A DNA stretch of 10,083 bases from an archaeon (GTDB taxonomy: Archaea; Iainarchaeota; Iainarchaeia; Iainarchaeales; CSSED10-239): NCBI GenBank assembly GCA_037147375.1, contig JBAWVI010000030.1:1-10083 (forward strand), in the 5' to 3' direction. The stretch's first letter is position 1; every line of letters starts with the position of its first letter. Below, piece after piece: positions 6,337-10,083 of the stretch. Below the pieces are notes generated by a model. That model was not told the origin of the DNA. It searched no databases and worked only from the letters and a program-made list of their open reading frames with translations. A program made the position numbers and the translations under genes.

Positions 6337-7074
6337 ATGTTTTATATAATCGGAATTGGGTTATCAATAAATCAAATTACAAAGGAAGCACTTGATATAA
6401 TATCTAAATCAAAAGAAGTGTACATTGATAATTATACAAACATTTTATCAGAGGGAGAAGTTAGCGAGCTTGAAAAAATAATAAACAAGAAAATAATTTC
6501 TCTTGAAAGAGGAGATCTTGAAACTAAGCAAGCTTTTCTAAAAGATGATTCTGTACTTTTAGTTATTGGAAACCCATTCTCTGCTACTACACACTATACA
6601 TTAATTAAAGATGCTAAGGATAAAGGGATACAAACAAAAATAATCCCAGGAATATCTATTCTTAATTATAAAGGATATACAGGGCTTTATGAATATAAGT
6701 TTGGTAAAACAATCTCAATTGTTTATCCTGATGGAAACTATAAACCAACAAGCTTCTATAACACACTTATTGAAAATCTTTCTATTAAAGCTCACACTCT
6801 TTGCTTGCTTGATATAAAAACAGATAAACAAAGATTTATGACTATTAAAGAAGCATGCACTATACTTAATGAAATTGATAAAGAAAATAGTAACCTTTTA
6901 GAAGATAAAGAATGTGTTGCTCTTTGCAAAATGGGCTCAAGTGATCAAGAAATCATTGTGTTTAGGTTTAAAGATTATAATAATATAAATATTAATAAAT
7001 TACCTCAATCTCTAATTATTTGTGGAGATTTAAATGAATTTGAAAGAGATGGATTAAATGAATTCAAAAAATAA
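6337..7074 (+). CDS. dph5: Diphthine synthase (diphthamide biosynthesis methyltransferase)
   Basis: Family blocks are MFYIIGIGL, VYIDNYTNIL, GNPFSATTH, IIPGISI, YKFGKT, PTSFYN, HTLCLLDIK and PQSLIICG. From memory they are colinear with archaeal DphB (for example Pyrococcus GDPLVATTH, YKFGKS, PTSYYD, HTLLFLDIK). AGGAG lies 11 nt upstream. Confidence 0.92.
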   Translation: MFYIIGIGLSINQITKEALDIISKSKEVYIDNYTNILSEGEVSELEKIINKKIISLERGDLETKQAFLKDDSVLLVIGNPFSATTHYTLIKDAKDKGIQTKIIPGISILNYKGYTGLYEYKFGKTISIVYPDGNYKPTSFYNTLIENLSIKAHTLCLLDIKTDKQRFMTIKEACTILNEIDKENSNLLEDKECVALCKMGSSDQEIIVFRFKDYNNININKLPQSLIICGDLNEFERDGLNEFKK

Positions 7075-7369
7075 AGTTAAAGAAATGATTGAACTTGAAG
7101 AATATACAACCAAATATAGATTAATACTAGAAAAAGCACTAAATACCATTGAACCAAACATAAAAAACGATTCTTATTTTAAAGACATGGGTGATGACTT
7201 TCTAAGTATGGCAAAGAACTATCTTGCAGATGGTAAAGTGCTTGAAAAAAAGAAGGATCTTCCAAGAGCTCTTGCATCTTACTCATATGCATATGCTTGG
7301 ATTGATGCAGGTGTTAGAATTGGAGTTTTCTATGGGGTAGATAGAAAATTATTTACGCTTTACAAATAA
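7058..7369 (+). CDS. DUF357-like small archaeal protein
   Basis: C-terminal block is RALASYSYAYAWIDAGVRIGVF, which resembles the DUF357 (PF04010) signature A..sYAhGWLDAG.RLG as I recall it. It overlaps dph5 by 17 nt; ATG 7085 is an alternative start. Confidence 0.6.
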   Translation: MNSKNKVKEMIELEEYTTKYRLILEKALNTIEPNIKNDSYFKDMGDDFLSMAKNYLADGKVLEKKKDLPRALASYSYAYAWIDAGVRIGVFYGVDRKLFTLYK

Positions 7370-7384
7370 ATTATGTGATTAAAT

Positions 7385-7897
7385 ATGAATGTAATTTTAA
7401 AAAATAGAATTGGAATTGTTTCAGAAAATAATCTTAAAAGTCAACTTATTCAAAAAGGTTTTGGAACACTTAGCAATAAAGATCTTGCCTTAGATTTATT
7501 TGAATTATATTACTTATTTGAAACTAAAAAAGTAAAAGTTATTGATTTAAAGAAGAAACAGATATCTGAAAAGAACCTCAAAGAATATATTAATAAAAAA
7601 ATTAAAGAATTTGAAGATAAGTATCTTGTTTATAAAAGCTTTAGAGACAAAGGATATATTATTAAGGATGGAGCTATATTTGGATTTGATTTTAGAGTTT
7701 ATGAAGCACAAACAACTAAAACAAATGAACACACACACACAAAATATGTTGTAGATGTTAAAAGAAGTCACAAAGAAACAGTTAATGAGATAATTAAATC
7801 AGAGAGATTAGCAAATAGCATACATACAACTTATATTCTAGCAATAGTTGATCAAGAAAATAGGATTATTAAAATAAAAATAGAAAGGATGATTTAA
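7385..7897 (+). CDS. endA: tRNA-splicing endonuclease subunit (EndA family)
   Basis: Length is 170 aa. YLVYKSFRDKGYIIKDGAIFGFDFRVYE...EHTHTKYVVDV...RLANSIHTTYILAIVD is colinear with M. jannaschii EndA (YLVYKDLRTRGYIVKTGLKYGADFRLYE...EHSVYLVKV...RVAHSVRKKLLIAIVD, recalled from memory). GTGAT lies 5 nt upstream. Confidence 0.88.
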   Translation: MNVILKNRIGIVSENNLKSQLIQKGFGTLSNKDLALDLFELYYLFETKKVKVIDLKKKQISEKNLKEYINKKIKEFEDKYLVYKSFRDKGYIIKDGAIFGFDFRVYEAQTTKTNEHTHTKYVVDVKRSHKETVNEIIKSERLANSIHTTYILAIVDQENRIIKIKIERMI

Positions 7898-7913
7898 AGA
7901 AACACCCTTAATT

Positions 7914-8369
7914 TTAATTACAAGTTTTTGACCAAGAATATCCAGTACACTGTGTGTTTCTTAATTCTAATTTGATTGGAACAACACCAACATAATCACT
8001 AATTGTATATACTGCTGATTCTCCAAGACCAAATGAATTTGAATCTAATATATTTAGATTTGAACTATTTAAATCATTATTTGCATCAATTAATAAAACA
8101 TTGAAGTTTGTATCTGAACTGAATGCAACAGAACCAGAATTTACAAATGTAAATTTAATGTTTTCTCCAATTGAGTTATAATCGCAAGAAAGAATATTTA
8201 CTGAAGCACCAGTACATGCAGTATCTATAACCTCATTAGCATTACTTGTTCCTTTTTGAACAAAGTTTTGCCCCCAAGATAATAACATTCCTGCAAGTAT
8301 TACAGCAACAACAATTAATAAGATTGTTGCAATTATTCCTGAAATTGCTTTTTTCATACGTTTTTCCAT
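7914..8369 (-). CDS. Archaeal type IV pilin-like protein, paralogue 1
   Basis: N-terminus is MEKRMKKA-ISGIIATILLIVVAVILAGMLLSWG, the archaeal pilin/flagellin N-terminal-like domain (TIGR02537 / Pilin_N type). It has four Cys in two pairs. The ATG at 8357 (MKKAIS...) is an alternative and possibly leaderless start. Confidence 0.8.
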   Translation of the reverse strand: MEKRMKKAISGIIATILLIVVAVILAGMLLSWGQNFVQKGTSNANEVIDTACTGASVNILSCDYNSIGENIKFTFVNSGSVAFSSDTNFNVLLIDANNDLNSSNLNILDSNSFGLGESAVYTISDYVGVVPIKLELRNTQCTGYSWSKTCN

Positions 8370-8400
8370 TTGAATTTATTATAATAAAAAATAATAAAAA

Positions 8401-8427
8401 AAGTAAATTCAAAATTTGAATTTACTT
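8401..8427 (-). terminator. Perfect 13-bp-arm inverted repeat followed by T-runs on both strands; hairpin terminator after pilin 2 or an operator for pilin 1
   Basis: AAGTAAATTCAAA-A-TTTGAATTTACTT is symmetric about 8414, verified base by base. On the minus strand it starts 11 nt after the stop of 8438..8923 and is followed by TTTTTATTATTTTTT. On the plus strand ACTTTTT follows it. Confidence 0.45.
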
Positions 8428-8437
8428 ACTTTTTAAC

Positions 8438-8923
8438 TTACTGATGACAGTTAGGGAATGCAGCTATAGCATCATTTCCACAAACTGAAGACTTTACTGT
8501 TACACCAACGTTAGTACCTGTTACTAATGGTGCTGCTACAGTTCTGTTCATATCTATTTTTATTATTTCTCCAGGTGCAAGACCATCCCATTTTGTTGTT
8601 GTATAACCGCTCATAGTTATACCAGCATTAAATCCACCAGCTGTGTCTGTTAAATCTACTTTAAATGCATCTGTTGTTAAGAAAGTATATGTTGAACTTA
8701 TGTTCTTAACAAAAAATTCTAAGTTACTATTTGTGTCTATTTTACAATCTGATATTGTAATTGCAGCACCTGTACAACTTAAATCAATTGCGTTTGCAGT
8801 TTCTGAGAGGCTACCTGTTGTAAATGATTTCCCCCAAGTTAAAATTATCGCAATTAATGCTACTGCAACCACGATTAATAAAATAGTTGCTATAAGTGCG
8901 GAAACACCTTTTTTGAATTTCAT
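8438..8923 (-). CDS. Archaeal type IV pilin-like protein, paralogue 2 (candidate major pilin)
   Basis: N-terminus is MKFKKG-VSALIATILLIVVAVALIAIILTWG. AAAGGTGA SD lies 5 nt upstream. It has four Cys in two pairs, an Ala/Thr/Gly-rich body and N-x-S/T sequons (NIS, NRT). Confidence 0.85.
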   Translation of the reverse strand: MKFKKGVSALIATILLIVVAVALIAIILTWGKSFTTGSLSETANAIDLSCTGAAITISDCKIDTNSNLEFFVKNISSTYTFLTTDAFKVDLTDTAGGFNAGITMSGYTTTKWDGLAPGEIIKIDMNRTVAAPLVTGTNVGVTVKSSVCGNDAIAAFPNCHQ

Positions 8924-8982
8924 TAAATCACCTTTATTTTTTTTTTCTTTATTTTTTTTATTTATTTATTTAAATTTGATAA

Positions 8983-9456
8983 TTATTCACATTTTGTTGA
9001 TATTGTTACTTTTTCTGGACAACTTGTTACATGAACTTGAACCTTCTTAAGCGGTTCTACTAAGTCTTCGAAATCAGTTGCATTTGAAAAGGTTCCTGTA
9101 TCAACTGTCATTGCTACTACATTTTCAGAGAAATTTGGTAGAAATGTAGCACTTTTTATTGTGTTATTATTATCAATAACAGTAAGAATTAAATTATTAT
9201 CAATCTGGACAGTAGATTTATCAAATAATATAAAATTTATTGTATTACCATCGTATTGACACCCATTATCTATATAAATATCAACAGCACTACAATCAAT
9301 CCACTTATTTGTTGTATCAGTTAAACTAGCAGTTGTTTCTTTTGCATTCTGACTTGACCATGAATACAATATACCAGCAAGTGATAATGATACTGCAACT
9401 AAAAGTATAGTTGCGATAAGCGGTGATAATCCTTTTTTCTTAATTGATAACTTCAT
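8983..9456 (-). CDS. Archaeal type IV pilin-like protein, paralogue 3
   Basis: The ATG at 9456 gives MKLSIKKKG-LSPLIATILLVAVSLSLAGILYSW, with AAGGA 6 nt upstream. The track start at 9522 is a TTG that adds 22 non-pilin-like residues. It has four Cys in two pairs and sequons NNT, NFS and NAT. Confidence 0.8.
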   Translation of the reverse strand: MKLSIKKKGLSPLIATILLVAVSLSLAGILYSWSSQNAKETTASLTDTTNKWIDCSAVDIYIDNGCQYDGNTINFILFDKSTVQIDNNLILTVIDNNNTIKSATFLPNFSENVVAMTVDTGTFSNATDFEDLVEPLKKVQVHVTSCPEKVTISTKCE

Positions 9457-9529
9457 ATTAAATCCTTTTTCATATTTATATATTACAGATACATATATAA
9501 ATATATCTATATTACTTTTCAAACTATGA

Positions 9530-10083
9530 TTATGTAATAAATACTAATGAAACAACAACATAAATTGGAACAGACACAGAAATTAATATTACGGTGTGCT
9601 TTATTCCTGCAATAGCATTTCCTTCAGATATTTTGCCAATTACTGGTCCTGCAAATATACCTTGAATAATTATTAGATATAAAAAATATTTATTAAAATT
9701 CACGTTAGATATTCCTTCTTTTTCTGTAACTGTTGTACTACCTGTCATTGACATTGAATTTGAACTTAACATTGGAAGAAATATAATTTGAATAATTAAA
9801 ATAATTCCTATGAATACAAAGAACATAAAGTAACTTGAAAACACAGTTGAAAATGTTTTAGATCTTCTTTCATCAATCATATCATTAACAGTTCTTACAT
9901 ATGTTGAAACAGATGCAAATACCTTAATTATGTTACCTCCAACCTTAGTGGTTTCTGAAATTATTTGCGTAACTTGTAAAAACATTGGACTATCAATTTT
10001 ACCAAAAACTTCAGTTAATTCAACATCAAATGCAACTCCGATCTTAATTTGAGCAGCAAGCCTCTTTAATGGCTCATTTAAAG
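9530..10083 (-). CDS. C-terminal part of a FlaJ/TadC-family (T2SS-F domain) polytopic membrane protein; the 5' end lies beyond the right edge
   Basis: I translated the frame upstream of the track Met (9985) to the window edge and found no stop: LNEPLKRLAAQIKIGVAFDVELTEVFGKIDSPM-FLQVTQIISETTKVGGNIIKVFASVSTYVRTVNDMIDERRSK. Hydrophobic helices follow. This soluble helical bundle plus TM pattern is typical of the T2SS-F domain repeat in FlaJ/ArlJ/TadC. The gene lies directly upstream of three pilin genes. Confidence 0.7.
   Translation of the reverse strand, partial: LNEPLKRLAAQIKIGVAFDVELTEVFGKIDSPMFLQVTQIISETTKVGGNIIKVFASVSTYVRTVNDMIDERRSKTFSTVFSSYFMFFVFIGIILIIQIIFLPMLSSNSMSMTGSTTVTEKEGISNVNFNKYFLYLIIIQGIFAGPVIGKISEGNAIAGIKHTVILISVSVPIYVVVSLVFIT

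Noticed and set aside
7729-7740. (AC)6 dinucleotide repeat inside endA as a possible phase-variation switch
   Set aside because: The repeat is short and in frame, encoding HTHT. An essential tRNA-splicing gene is an unlikely contingency locus. It is noted only as the source of a two-residue insertion near the catalytic His.
7547-7771. 74-aa minus-strand ORF
   Set aside because: It is antisense to endA. Its Phe/Ile/Asn-rich product is typical of chance ORFs in AT-rich DNA.
8643-9050. 135-aa plus-strand ORF
   Set aside because: It is antisense to pilin paralogue 2 and spans the intergenic poly-T tract (product ...FFFSLFFLFIYL...). The opposite strand carries a clear pilin signature with an SD.
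9457-9522. TTG start extending pilin paralogue 3 by 22 residues
   Set aside because: The codon at 9522 is TTG. The extension (KSNIDIFIYVSVIYKYEKGFN) would bury the basic leader and is AT-rich spacer-like. ATG 9456 has AAGGA upstream and gives a leader like its paralogues.
1-10083. Scan for tRNA or rRNA genes, CRISPR repeats, transposase or integrase genes and long terminal inverted repeats
   Set aside because: I saw no GC-rich cloverleaf-like segments (no GGTTCGAATCC-type T-arm). I also found no regularly spaced direct repeats and no ORF with recombinase or transposase motifs. The only GC-rich island (4541..4562) is too short and lacks tRNA structure.

Overview
AT-rich (roughly 25-35 % G+C in hand-counted blocks), densely coded archaeal DNA. 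The archaeal assignment rests on PCNA, Orc1/Cdc6, diphthine synthase, tRNA-splicing endonuclease EndA and a DUF357-like protein, plus Shine-Dalgarno motifs (GGTGA / GAGGTGA / AGGAG) complementary to an archaeal 16S 3' end. The composition, tight gene packing and many orphan membrane proteins suggest a small-genome, possibly DPANN-like, archaeon; that is inference only. The housekeeping genes are unremarkable. The notable feature is that about ten of roughly twenty genes start with a class III (type IV prepilin-like) signal peptide. They fall into four groups: (1) a minus-strand module at the right edge with a FlaJ/TadC-family membrane protein (truncated by the edge) followed by three tandem paralogous pilins carrying KG/KA-[VIL]S-x-[LI]IATILL N-termini and four conserved cysteines; (2) a fourth pilin of that type running off the left edge; (3) two QxSxE-type pilin-like genes (246..849) tightly coupled to an HExxH polytopic membrane protein; (4) four overlapping orphan genes (4852..6336) with prepilin-like N-termini, two of them using non-ATG starts, in the same tightly packed gene string as dph5, DUF357 and endA. 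No prepilin peptidase or assembly ATPase lies in the window. PCNA and orc1/cdc6 are convergent, and the AT-rich spacer upstream of orc1/cdc6 is a candidate replication origin, but I could not find repeated ORB elements by eye. No rRNA, tRNA, CRISPR array or transposase was recognised.
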